Below the pieces are notes generated by a model, which had not been told where the DNA came from, ran no database searches, and saw only the letters and a program-made list of their open reading frames with translations. The translations under genes were made by a program, and so were the position numbers. A stretch of DNA of 63,787 nt, counting the filler, from Craspedostauros australis (lineage: Eukaryota), in NCBI GenBank assembly GCA_030167865.1. It is 8 parts of 8 records of this genome, joined end to end, with 100 filler letters (N's around TTAATTAATTAA, not from the genome) between each part and the next. Parts side by side here need not be neighbours in the genome. Positions count along the whole stretch, not along the records: positions 28,258 to 53,133 come from JALAGF010001596.1; positions 53,234 to 55,007 come from JALAGF010001604.1; positions 55,108 to 56,255 come from JALAGF010001606.1; 5 more parts are not named here. One strand, given 5' to 3'. The first letter of the stretch is position 1; every line of letters begins with the position of its first letter. Positions 43,804 through 56,355 of this stretch are shown here, in pieces.

Positions 43804-45888
43804 ATGACATCCACGCAAAGTGGTTTGGCGAACGGGCTGGTACGTTCTGGCGAGGCCTCCAACAGATCGATGTGCTGGATGTGCTGGATGTGCTGCGTGT
43901 GATTTGGACGCTGCGTGTGTTGCGTTGAAGGTGATGGTGATGTTGAGGTTGAGGTTGACCTGATCTGTTAGACGTGTGTGGGTTGCGTGGCAGGTTGGTA
44001 TGCTTCTTCTTCATCTTCTTCTTGTGCAACCTTCTTCATTTGCGTATCATGAACATAGTATGGTGGTCGTGAGCACAATTATCACTCTCTACTCCACTCT
44101 CCTCAAATCTCACCTTTTCATTCGCACTCCATCCATGATACTCCACTCTCGATGGTCACTATCACGATCATGCAACGATTCACTCATGCGTCAATGTTGG
44201 TTGATGGCCACATTTCATGGCTCCATTTTCATGGCTTGATGAATGCACAGTTCATCCAAGGAAGCCGAGAGACTGGGGCAGATGTGCGAGTTGGAAACGT
44301 GACGGCGGCCGTGGCGGTGGCCAACATCGTCAAGTCGTCCTTGGGACCGGTTGGGTTGGATAAGATGCTGGTGGATGACATCGGTGATGTGGTCATTACG
44401 AACGACGGGGCTACCATTTTGGCGCAGCTGGAGGTGGAGCACCCGGCGGCACGGTTGCTCGTGGATTTGGCGCAGCTGCAGGACAAGGAGGTTGGAGATG
44501 GGACCACCAGCGTCGTCCTCATCGCGGCGGAATTGCTCAAGCGTGGCAACCAATTGGTGCAGCACGGATTGCACCCAACCACCATCCTGTCTGGGTACCG
44601 CGCGGCGCTCAAGGCGGCCGTGTCATACCTCAAGAAGCAGATGCTCGTCCAGGTCTCCACCCTGACTGATGATCATCTCATGCAGGCGGCAAGGACCAGC
44701 ATGTCGTCGAAGCTCATCGGAAAGGAGGGAGACTTCTTCGCCAAGCTCGCCGTCGATGCCACCAAATCCGTCAAGACCATCAGCCCGGCTGATGGAAAGA
44801 CCAAGTACCCCATCAGCGCCATCCACATCCTCAAGGCGCACGGCAAGTCGTCGCTTGACTCCGAGCTGATGGAAGGAGGCTTCTGCCTCAATGCCATGCG
44901 CGCATCGCAGGGCATGCCAACCGCCATCGGCGACCCGCAAGGTCCGGATGATGCCGAACCGATCAAGATCGCCATCATCGACATGAACCTGCAGCGCCAT
45001 CGCATGGCCATGGGAATCTCCATCAATGTCAAGGATCCCAAGGAGATCGAAAACATCAAGCAGCGCGAGATGGATATCACCAAGGAGAAGATCCAAAAGA
45101 TATTAGACACGGGTGCCAAGGTCGTGCTCACGACGAAGGGCATCGACGATCTTTGCATGAAGTACTTTGTGGAGGCAGGCGTCGTGTGCGCGCGACGATG
45201 CAACAAGGATGATCTCAAGCGTCTGGCCAAGGCCACGGGAGGCCACCTCGTCATCACCATGGCGGACATGGAAGGCGACGAATCCTTCGACGTCGACAGC
45301 CTCGGAACGTGCCGAGCCGTCAGAGAAATCCGCGTCGGTGATGGCGAGATGATGCAGTTCTACGGGTGTCGGGGAAGCGGCGCCTCCACCATCATCCTTC
45401 GCGGTGCCAACGAGTACATGCTCGACGAGATGGAAAGAGCGTTGCATGATTCCCTCTGCGTCGTCAAGCGAATGATGGAGAGCAACACCTTGGTGCCGGG
45501 AGGCGGCGCCGTTGAGGCCGCCCTCTCTGTCTACCTCGAGAACTACGCCACCAGCCTGGACACGAGAGAGCAGCTGGCGATCGAAGCCTTCGCGGATGCA
45601 TTGCTCGTCATTCCCAAAACGCTTGCCGTCAACGCCGCCAAGGACAGTTCGGAGCTGGTCTCCAAGCTCCGCGCCATGCATGCCAAGAGCCAAAAGTCGG
45701 AGGAGGATGCTGGATTGAAAACGACCGGGCTGGATCTCGTTGAGGGCACAATACGTGACAACCTCGAGGCCGGCGTCGTCGAACCTGCCATGTCCAAGAT
45801 CAAGTCGTTGCGATTTGCCACGGAGGCCGCCATCACCATCTTGCGCATCGATGATCGTATCACCATCAATCCAGCACAGCAGGGATAG
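43804..45888 (+). CDS. TCP1: T-complex protein 1 subunit alpha (CCT chaperonin); exons 43804-43839 and 44251-45888
   Basis: ANIVKSSLGPVGLDKMLVDDIGD, TNDGATIL, EVGDGTTSVV, GGGAVE, SLRFATEAAITILRIDD. Intron GTACGT...CACAG gives MTSTQSGLANGL|FIQG. Confidence 0.96.
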
Positions 45889-46206
45889 TGATAGCCATCA
45901 AACAATAAAACAAAGCAAGCAAAAAAACATAGCACATAGCACGCTGGAATAAATCAGCACATGCATGCACCAAAAGAGGGGCTGGAGGATCGTGGCGTGG
46001 GTGTCATGATAGTCGTATACTACTTTTCGCGAGAGGCCTATGCTATTACTCTACTGCTCTGCTGTGTTGTGTTTTAGCACTTGGCTTCCCTGTCTCCAAT
46101 GCGCAGACCGTACTGGTACTACAATACACGTTCACAGTTTCATACTGTTGAACTGCATTCTTGAGCATCACAAGGATGAGGAAACGCCAAAGCCCTGCCA
46201 CCAGCG

Positions 46207-47575
46207 TCACAGAATGCCTGCAAAGTGCAACACATCTCCCCACCACAATTGATTGCCAAGCTGGTACTGCGCGAACAACGAACCAGCCCACGCTGAGAAC
46301 ATCCACGTGACGATCGTCGGCACGGGATCGTTCCCTTTCGATACTTGGTGGATCACATTCCACAGGAATAGCGACCAGAACGTCTGCACCGTCGTCACGG
46401 GCTGATTGAGAACGAAGAACATCACGGCCGTGCGATTCATGTTGATCTGGCTGGAGTAGGCGATGCATGCCGCCACCACCGAATTGAGACCCACCACATG
46501 TTTGCGCGACAATCGTCGTGCGACGGCGTTGGACAAGCTGCCAATCCCAATCACCAGCACGATGGCGCAAATGGCAAAGGTGGAGTCCTGGTCATCGAAC
46601 CACCACGAGCGCTGCAGCCTCGGGAGGATGCGATGCAAATCCATCAAGGCGGGTCCCACAAACACGTGGGCCACCATGCCGTCCAATATGAGATTGGGAT
46701 TGGCGAAGAGCGACAGGATGCTTCCGATGACGGGGATATCCAGCGTGTTGAGCGATATGGCTCGGCCGTAACAGCAGAAGGATAACAGGCTGGACAGTAT
46801 CAAGACTGCTGTGAATATGCGCGTGGCTGTGTGCGCCAGGTTGGAAGGATTCCACACCAATGGCTGTTCGTTGCACAAGTTGGCCGCTACGAGTACATGG
46901 GTCGTTGGTTGTTCAAAGAATTGCATGTCGTGATGTATCATAGTTGTTGTTGAGGCACAATTGATGGTGCAGGCGCCGGTATGGAACAAGAAAATGATTT
47001 GACGGATGCCTCCGATCATGAATGAATCAAAGAAGGAGAAGATGAGTGGGGATTGGCATCGACAAGAACAGCAAGGTTGAAGAGACGGCGATCTCATCAG
47101 TCTGCGCTCTGCTCTGCGGCACAGCATCTCCGCAAAAACGCTGCCAAACCTTTAACATCGCATCCTCTGTAACGACTACAACGACAACGACACCAATCTG
47201 ATATTCCGCATCGCGATCAATGGCAACTGCACTGTCCTCACCAACTTCCATGCAAAGATCTCCAACCTCCCAGCTCTCGTAGGAACATTTCGCTTTGACG
47301 AATGCTCCGCGGAAAATGACGGAATTGTGCGTTTGCTGCAGCGAGAACAGGCCGTAGTTTGTAAGCCTCGGCTTGGAGTGCAGCGATAGCATGGACAATG
47401 ACTGGAAGCGATCCTTGTCTTGGTCTTCCACCTCGCCTATCATCTTCAGGTTGGCGGCAGCAAGGAATGCTACCATCGTAGATACCACCAAGAACCGTCG
47501 CCAACTGAACGCAATCTTGTCATCGTTGCCACGGTACAACCTTCCGTTCCTGATGTACGCATTCGAACGGTACAT
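46207..47575 (-). CDS. Multi-pass membrane protein, possibly rhomboid-like; predicted exons 47575-47242 and 46886-46207
   Basis: A GTGAGG...CGTAG intron joins ORFs 47027-47575 and 46207-47127 in frame. Several TM segments. VGLNSVVAA sits where rhomboids have G.SG. Confidence 0.55.
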
Positions 47576-48203
47576 TTCGTTGATGATGATGATGATGGTG
47601 GTGGTGGTGGGTTCGTAATCGTATGATAGAGAGCACAGCCTATGCCATCCCCAGCATCGTCTCCTTGTGTGCCATGTATGTTACGGAGGACGAGTATGAT
47701 ACGAGGATTGAGGCCTTCTTGCAACACCTCTTGTCCTCTTTGTCTCTTTTGTTTGTGTGAGTGTTTGCGTCGTGGCATGAGGATTCGAGCCGAACAGCGT
47801 CGAGTCGCGCCACCAATGCGCGCAAAAAATTAAGCACGACTCAAAACGCCGCGTGTTGCTTTCTCGACTTCATCATTGATTCTTGCGGGTTTGGAGTCAT
47901 TCGAGTTGCGACGGACATAACATTCGTCTTAGTCGAACGTAATAATGTATTCATGTCCGAATGTAATCATTAAATTCAAATTCAAGTTGTGATCTGCTTT
48001 TCTTTTCGTCTCACACAAACAAACGAGTCCACGAAAGCAACACAGAGCAACCTCCGACGATCACGACACAACCTCTCGGATGTATGGTATGGCACCTGCG
48101 CAGAAGCGACCATCAACTCTGACACTTCACAACAGAGAGAATCATCTTCAAGGTGGAAAGCATCATTCCGACACAGACCTAACACAACATTCGTAGCAGC
48201 ACC

Positions 48204-49309
48204 ATGACGACCGAGTTCCCCGATTTTCCGTATCAGCTGGGCGACGGTGAGTGTTGTTCACGGACGTGCGCGTGTGTTCGTATCGCGGGTCCTTTTGATT
48301 TCCTTGGGAAATGAGGAGCGAACAGATCCTTTGGGGATTGTGGCGGCGATGCGCAGTGCCTCATGGCAAGCAGTGCATGCTGCTTGTGCTTCTTCCTGAC
48401 AGCCATTGGCGGAGGCTTCGACAAAGACTTGATGTGACAAACGAATTGTCGCAATCTATGCGCAAGAGAGTCTCACACAGCATCTTCATGCACGCTTTGG
48501 TCTTCGTATTTCTCACATGCATACACGTGTGTCTGGTACTCATACCATGAATCACAGAACCGACGAATGATTGGACAGTGGAGCACGTCCTGCAATGGTG
48601 GATGCTGCGCGCCAAAGATGAGACAGAAAACAGATACAATGACATCGTCGGGAAGATCGAGGCGGAATTCGAGCAAGGCGTGCAGGAACTGTGGAAGTGT
48701 CACAACCAGGTGAAGAACGACATGGGTGCCATCGCTGAAGAAGAGCCGGTGGTCGAGGACGAGGACAACGAGAATACCAACCCACAGATGGAGACGACGA
48801 TGGCAGCAAAGTCTTTGATGGCGGGCGCCGGCGCTGGTACAAAATCAAACAAATTGAACAAGGCCAGAACACAGACATCCACAGCAACAAGTTCCACGCA
48901 GGGGTCGCGCACGAAATCAACCACCTCGGACGCTGCATCTACAAAGTCGAAGAGCAAGAGCGCCTCCACCAGCAGTCAGAGCATCCTTGTGAACATTGTG
49001 GGCGGCGAATACACTGGATCGAAGTTTGAATTGAAGCACCTCACGCACAAGAATGGTGGATTCGTTGGCAGATCGACCGGAAAGAAGTTCCGAGAGAAAG
49101 GCATCAGCGTGCCGCGGGATCTGGAAGTGTCAACCACGCATGGAAAGTTCGAATGCAAGGGGGGACGGTATTTCTACACCGACACGGGATCGACGAATGG
49201 CAGCTGCATTGGCGGTGAAGAGATCGAGCCTGAGACACCGTACGAGTTGGTGGATGGCATGGAGGTATCGATTGGACAAACCATCATGCTGATCGCCTTC
49301 CCACGATGA
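48204..49309 (+). CDS. N-terminal helix + C-terminal FHA domain protein; predicted exons 48204-48246 and 48558-49309
   Basis: FHA motifs VGRS, EVSTTHG, DTGSTNGS. A phase-1 intron GTGAGT...CACAG keeps frame. Confidence 0.82.
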
Positions 49310-50513
49310 ATGGGATGTACGTACTCGGATGCAGCAGAGGCTATCGCACCAGGGAGAGAGAGATTCCTTCCATTGACACAGCAACGCGCTCAGAGGATAT
49401 GAAAATGAAATCAGATGTAACAATAGCGACTTGAATCCAATGATACTACGCATTGATCTTGTATTGTGAATGAAAGATGTTCGACCATGCGTCCTTCGCA
49501 CTTGGAACACAACCCTCTGCTCGCGGGCTTTCAGGATGGCAGAGGCAGAGCTGATCTGGTTGAAGCTCTTGGTGCGGTTGCCTGTCAATTGGTTGCTGCC
49601 TTCCTGGCCTTCTTCATGGCGTTCTCCACAATCCCATCACCGAGGCTCAGCCGCAAAGTCAACGTATTTTGGATTCAATCTCTTGATCTGCATGTAGCAT
49701 GATCTGCCATTCCTTTCCCTTGTAGCACAGTTGATGCATGGCAGCATGCGATCCATCTTCGCAGGCCATCCACGGACTTGCACTCTCCTGGGAGCCTTGA
49801 CCTCATGCACTGTTCTCTGCTCATCGTACCATACTTGACAGTTAAGAACCAGTTAAGATTGTTGTCACATGCCTCCAACTTCGGTGATAGAGCAAAACGA
49901 AAGAGCGCAGAACGATGTTAACAAGAACTATGAACCAATCCGAAGCATTGTTTGACCTCCTCTGGGGATTGTTGCAAAATATTCCCATGTGGACACCGCG
50001 ACTTCACAACGCCGACACATGACGATGCTTCCGTGCTGTGCCTATGGTATCGTTGGGGACACAACAATACAGATACAACATGCAATCATCTGGTGTATGA
50101 CAGTACGAGCGCGAGCAGTCGAATGGCATTGGCACGTACGAGTAGAGTTGGCTGATCGACATGAATGGAAAACGACAACATGCAAGATCTCATGGGTATC
50201 ATACTTGTTTGGGTATTCGATTTAGAAATGGATCAGGGCTCTTGCAGCAGAGAATTGGATTTGGTTGAGTTGTTCTCAGATCGTACTCTCTGGACAGCGC
50301 AAATACTCGTAGATAAGACTATCATTCCTCGTCCTCGTACTGGTTGTCGTATGTGCCATGTTGTGCAAACCAAACCAAGCCACCCGTGAAGGCAACCTCC
50401 ACTTCTCGCAGAGTGCGACTTGTCGAGCATGGCGGTGCTGGGTTGATGTTCTGCCTGGTTGCTCGGTTGCTCGAGTTGCTTCCTTGTTCGTCGATTGTCC
50501 TTGATTCGTGTTT

Positions 50514-52357
50514 TTACAACTGGAAACCATCGAACTTGACACCGACTTGGATCTTGTCGGCCTGGGCAACGATTTCAGCGACACCGACGGCCTTCTCCGC
50601 TGCATCCTCCAGGTCCTCAGCGATGATCATCTTGAAGCCGCATCCCTCGATCATGGTCTTGGCTTCGTTCACGTTGGTACCCTGCAGACGGATCACGATG
50701 GGCTTGCGGATTCCAATCTCCTTGGCGGCGTTGATGATACCGCTGGCAATGACATCACATCGCATGATGCCACCGAAGATGTTGACCAGGATGGCATGGA
50801 CGTTGGGATCAGCATTGAGGATTTCGAATGCTTTTTGGACCTGGTCCTCGGTGGCTCCTCCTCCGACGTCCAAGAAGTTGGCAGGCGCTCCGCCCTTGAG
50901 CTGGATGATGTCCATCGTCGACATGGCAAGTCCGGCACCGTTGACCATGCAGCCGATGTTGCCATCAAGTCCGATGTAGTTGAGGTCGTACTTGGATGCC
51001 TCCACTTCTCTCGAATCCTCCTGTGTGAAGTCACGCTTGTCAAAGATGGAGGATTGGCGGTACTCGGCGTTGGAGTCGAAGTTGACCTTCGCGTCGCACA
51101 CGACGACGTCTCCCTCCGGGGTCTCGGCCAGCGGGTTGACTTCAACTTGGGTGCAATCGCATTGGGTGAACATGCTGTACAGATTCTTCATCAAGGTGAT
51201 GGCATTCTCGTGCGATGGGCTGCCGGCTTCAAGTCCAAGGTTCGTGGCCATGCGCTCGCACTGATCCTGCTGGATGCCTTCGACGATGTCGATGGGTTCG
51301 GTGAAGATGACCTCTGGGTTGGACTTGGCGATGTCCTCGATCGCTGTTCCACCACGTGGTGACCCAACCAGCAGAGGTCCCTGGCTGGCACGGTCCATCA
51401 GGATTGAAAGGTACATCTCACGACGCATGTACATGCGCTCCATGAGGAAGACCTTGTTGCAAATGATGCCATTGGGTGCCTGCTTGGTGACAAGCTCCTC
51501 CCCCAGCATGCTGGCTGCGAAATCCTTGGCCTGGCCTGGCTTGGTGACCATCTGCACGCCTCCCTTGAAGCCATTCTTGAAGGTTCCGAGTCCGCGGCCG
51601 CCCGACAGGACCTGAGCCTTGATGACAGCATCCTTCAATGGCTCACCGGCTTTGTCGCATTGGTGGAATCGTGGAGTTACAGCAATGACGTTATCAACGT
51701 GAGGGGACAATAGGAGTGTGATGGAACGGCAAATTCCATTGCAGCGGTGCCGTCATTGATGAGTCAGTATGACATAGTACACGGTAGGCACAGCCGTCCG
51801 TTGTATTTTATTGGTTGTGAGATTGAGTTTGCCGGCGGTATCGCGCAGATGCAACGGTGCGCGATCATGCATCCATCAGTCGGCATCCATGCATTGGTCA
51901 GTATCGCATCCGGGGAAGGGGAGGCAAGGGCAAGAAAAGCGGTGTAAATGTCAGGAAGTGATGGGCGATGTTTGATGATGGCAAATAGATGGAGTGGTTG
52001 TGCATTACGTGCGAGGCTCCCATGACACAGCGACACATCAGTGCGCGAAAGCAACTTCACATGCACAAGCATTTGCACACCAATGCGCACAAGACATGGC
52101 GATTCAAATGGACTGCATTTAGCACTTGACACGAATGGTACCAACTCACGCTTGTTGAGGATGTTTTGGAAGATGTGCTCGGCCTCATCGGGAGTGCTGG
52201 CGACATGCCCAGCCGGTGTGGCGATCTGGTGAGCGTTCATGAGCTCCATGGAGAGGTACTCATGGACGTTCAGGTTACGGATGGCACCCACAGCTGGTGC
52301 CGCAGTTCGCTGAAGGGCCTTGCGACCGAGGACGGAGGTGATCTTGGAGGAGAACAT
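50514..52357 (-). CDS. Succinyl-CoA ligase beta subunit, mitochondrial; exons 52357-52150 and 51649-50514
   Basis: Presequence then RNLNVHEY; KAQVLSGGRGLG, EVNPL, DAKVNFDSNAEYRQ, GNIGCMVNGAGLAMSTMDII, PANFLDVGGGA, NIFGGIMRCD, RLQGTN. Confidence 0.95.
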
Positions 52358-52973
52358 GGTGGACTTTGTGATGGGTGTTTGTGGTCGGAGGGTATTGTGC
52401 TTGCCTGGTTGCTTGCTTCCTTTGTTGTTGCGAGGCAGTTGATGGGTGATGGGTGATCTCGTTTATCGTTCTGTTTCTCTTTGTCTTTGGATCCGTGCTG
52501 CTTGCCTCTCTGTGTGTGGATGGTGCGCGAAAGGGAAAGGAGGAATAGATCGTACATCGGCCAGCTGCGGCTGCGTTGCGGTCATCATGGATGGGTACGA
52601 CTTTGGGTGCCGGCAGTGGATGATGGGTCGGATTGGTGACATGTCTGTCGCGGAAAGGTCGGTTTTCGACTCGCTTGGGGCCAAATGCAGGAACACCCAA
52701 CATTTTGTCCGATTTTCACTTTTCTAGATCGTGACCTAATTTACCGGGACTTAATACACGGCGTTGAGACAGAAAAGTGAATCAGCCGAAATCCCAAAAA
52801 GCATACTTAGGGTTACGCTATTTTACTTCAATTGTGGTTCNNNNNNNNNNNNNNNNNNNNNNNNNNNNNNNNNNNNNNNNNNNNNNNNNNNNNNNNNNNN
52901 NNNNNNNNNNNNNNNNNNNNNNNNNNNNNNNNNNNNNNNNNNNNNNNNNNNNNNNNNNNNNNNNNNNNNNNNN

Positions 52974-53113
52974 ACCGGACAAACCGGACAGACCGGACAA
53001 AACGACCGGACAAACCGGACAAAATGACCGGACAGACCGGACAAAACGGCCGGACAGAATGTATAGACCGGACAAAATTAACGAACTTAGCGGACACTGT
53101 TAACGGACAGTGT
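52974..53113. repeat. Array of about 9 CCGGACA motifs ending in a hairpin and CAGTG; candidate DNA-transposon subterminal region
   Basis: ACCGGACA(A/G) repeats with variable short spacers next to an N gap; ACACTGT-taacgg-ACAGTGT inverted repeat at 53094-53113. Confidence 0.7.
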
Positions 53114-54165
53114 ACCCAAACCAGCACTGAAGGNNNNNNNNNNNNNNNNNNNNNNNNNNNNNNNNNNNNNNNNNNNNTTAATTAATTAANNNNNNNNNNN
53201 NNNNNNNNNNNNNNNNNNNNNNNNNNNNNNNNNCAACATCGATTGGGCTGCTACTCCTTGAGTCTGCTGCTATCAATGTTGCACAAAGATGGATGAGAGT
53301 GACACCCAGTGCATAGCGATGTGGAGAGTGACGATTGGTGGTTGGTCATCAGGCCAGCTCGCGTTGTGGTGAATTGTTGCCGTTCGATACTGCTGGTGGA
53401 TTCCTCGCACTCTGCCCTGCAGGCAACTCTCACTGATGGGAATCAAACACATCACATCAAGAAGGTAAATGGCGTGGGGTCAGGAACGATACTCGATCGT
53501 CCCTGGTGGGCTTTTGATGAGTTCAATATAATAGTAGTACAAGCCAACAAACCAGAAGACAAGGACTTGTTCTGCCAACCAAGAAGATGGTGCGCTTTGT
53601 GGACCACCGCGGCAAAGTGTGACGAGAACGAACAACACCAAAACACCGCCGTCGCGAGGAAATCCCATCTCCACACACGCGACAATGCGGGACTCGGAGA
53701 TGATCGATTGCTCTCGTGAACCAACTGGGCATTCTTGTCCTAGTCGTATGAGTCGAACATCTCGAACCGGGTGCGTTCCATCACGCGTGGCGAACTGGCA
53801 ACTGGCAGTTTCTTGTCATTTGCGAACAGACTCCGACACAAAAAACGTGATTTTCTCTTTTTCCGACAACTCCCTGAAGATCGCATTCGAAACACCCACA
53901 GCAACACAAGGTCGTACGGTGGCTTGTGCACAAAGAGAGAGACAAAGAGAGGACCACGCGACCAAGGCTACAAGACAACAACACACACCATTCACTCCCA
54001 TACTCGGACACATCAGCAACAGACATCGAATTGCCACACAGTGCATGGTACGCATCCAAATACTAATACAACCTATTGAAGACACACGATCGATATCTCT
54101 GCCATAGATAGCTCAGACTACACACTTCCTCGGCAGCCAATCCAACGCCATCGACCATCCTCAAA

Positions 54166-55005
54166 ATGCCGAATGTCAAAGACCAACAACTCATTGATGC
54201 TGCCAGGGCAGGTGACTTGTCGGTGTTGAAGGAATGGAAGAAGCAGGACGAGACGCAGAACGAAGGAGTTGATGTCAACAAGGTTACAGACTGGGTTGGT
54301 TCCACTCCCCTACATGCGGCATGCCGCAACGGCCAGCTGGAGTGTGTGAAGTACCTCATCAAATCATGTGGGGCGGACGTCAACTGCCAAAACAACCCTG
54401 GTGACGCTCCCCTTCATTTCGCATGCGACCGTGGCTACCTGGAGTGTGTGAAGTACCTCATCAAATCATGTGAGGCGAACATCAACTGCAAAGACAACCA
54501 GCGCAACACTCCCCTTCATCGGGCATGCTCCAACGGCCACATGGAGTGTGCGGAGTACCTCATCGAATCATGTGGAGCAAACATCAACTGCCAAAACAAC
54601 AATGGTTCCACTTCCCTTCATTGGGCATGCATGTTCGGCAAGCTGGACTGTGTCAAGTACCTCATCGAATCATGTGGTGCTAACATCAGCTACAAAGACA
54701 ACCATGGTGACACCCCCCTTCATTCGGCATGCTTTGGTGCCCAGTTGGAGTGTATCGAGTACCTCATCGAATCATGTGAGGCGAACATCAACTGCCAAAC
54801 CAACCATGGTTGGACTCCCCTTCATTACGCATGCAGTGATGGCTACCTGGAGTGTATCGAGTACATCATTGGATCAGCCAATGCCGATGTCGACATACAA
54901 AACAACGGCAACAACACACCCCTCGATTTGCTCGATGCAGAAGATTACGCCAAAATCAAGAGATTAATCATTAAGCGTCCCAGCCACCGCAACCCACAAC
55001 TGTAA
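54166..55005 (+). CDS. Short ankyrin-repeat protein with highly homogeneous repeats
   Basis: Six near-identical TPLH.AC..G.LECV.YLI.SC.ANINC units, also recognisable as roughly 100-bp DNA repeats. Confidence 0.92.
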   Translation: MPNVKDQQLIDAARAGDLSVLKEWKKQDETQNEGVDVNKVTDWVGSTPLHAACRNGQLECVKYLIKSCGADVNCQNNPGDAPLHFACDRGYLECVKYLIKSCEANINCKDNQRNTPLHRACSNGHMECAEYLIESCGANINCQNNNGSTSLHWACMFGKLDCVKYLIESCGANISYKDNHGDTPLHSACFGAQLECIEYLIESCEANINCQTNHGWTPLHYACSDGYLECIEYIIGSANADVDIQNNGNNTPLDLLDAEDYAKIKRLIIKRPSHRNPQL

Positions 55006-55113
55006 CANNNNNNNNNNNNNNNNNNNNNNNNNNNNNNNNNNNNNNNNNNNNTTAATTAATTAANNNNNNNNNNNNNNNNNNNNNNNNNNNNNNNNNNNNN
55101 NNNNNNNGTTGCT

Positions 55114-55183
55114 CAGGGTTAGAGTTAGGGCTGGGGTTCTGGCTTGGGTTAGGGTTAGGGTTGGAGATGTGTGGGTTGGGGTT
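55114..55183 (+). repeat. Degenerate telomere-like (TTAGGG) repeats
   Basis: cagggttagagttagggctgggg...gggttagggttagggttgg. Confidence 0.6.
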
Positions 55184-56355
55184 GCCACTGCGTACAGGAC
55201 TGTGGCGAGGGTGCTGTCCATTTCCATCTTGGGACCAGCAATTCACATCGTCCAATTCAGCGCTGCGCAACTTGCATCGTATGCGTCTCATGCATTGCAG
55301 CCCGTGCATCCCCCTTGCTACCACTCTGACAGAACAGTCAGGAGGAAGAGGAACAAGGACCATGCCTACCATCCTGGTTGATGGCCCATGGCACATCGCC
55401 CCGCATCACATTACATCACAATACATCACATCACTCTCCATGCAACAAGAGTTTTGTGTTGACACCAACGATTCTGTGTGAGCACAAGGTAGAGTCACGC
55501 TCCGGAAATTTGAGAATCGCGAACAAAGCCCAAACGACGGAAGAAAAAAAAAAGTTTGTGGACGAATGACCACTGCGACTCAATTGAAGCATCAATGAGC
55601 ACTTTAGCGTCTGTGCGTTATTCACCTAATACGTAGATTCAACATGACTTTCAACCCTCTATAACTCTTGAAATATAAGATCTTTGAGGGGTATAAGGGA
55701 TTCAATAGAAGCCTCACATTGAGAGGAAGATGTTGATGTGGCTAGATACCCGATCCGTGATGCGCTTCCGGCTTGGGCGTAACGTGTTGGCTGCAGCGGG
55801 TCATAATAATTATCTGATTATCACAACCAATACAATCGCACTGTACAGTCTCTGGATCTGTCCTTCGGCTTGTGGCCGGGTGGAGACCGACGGCTGTGCT
55901 GTTGCTTCAACAACGACTCGCTTTGCTGCCGCCACCACTACGGCTACGGCCATTATCGCTGTTGGATACTATTCCAAGCGCCATTCTCTCATTGCTTCCA
56001 CAAACGTTGGACATGACGTCGATCTCACAAAGCCGCAATGGCAAGGCTGGCAGCGCTCAACGCACTTTGGAGGCGACGCAACGATCGCGTCGTGTTTTCA
56101 ACGCACGCACCAACTTCTTCATCCTGCTGCAAGACACGGGAATTTCGACGAAACGATCGAAGAAACGTCCAAGAATGTCAATGCTGACGTGGCATTTGTG
56201 CATCAATGTATTATTCTGATTAGTCAAACTCCGTTGACACCATTGAGGACGTTAANNNNNNNNNNNNNNNNNNNNNNNNNNNNNNNNNNNNNNNNNNNNT
56301 TAATTAATTAANNNNNNNNNNNNNNNNNNNNNNNNNNNNNNNNNNNNNNNNNNNN

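Noticed and set aside
43840..44250. snoRNA hosted in the TCP1 intron
   Set aside because: No convincing C/D box pair with terminal stem or H/ACA fold is visible; only simple repeats such as GATGTGCTG x3.
52974..53113. CRISPR-like array
   Set aside because: The repeats are only 7-9 bp with 1-10 bp spacers, there are no cas genes, and the context is eukaryotic.
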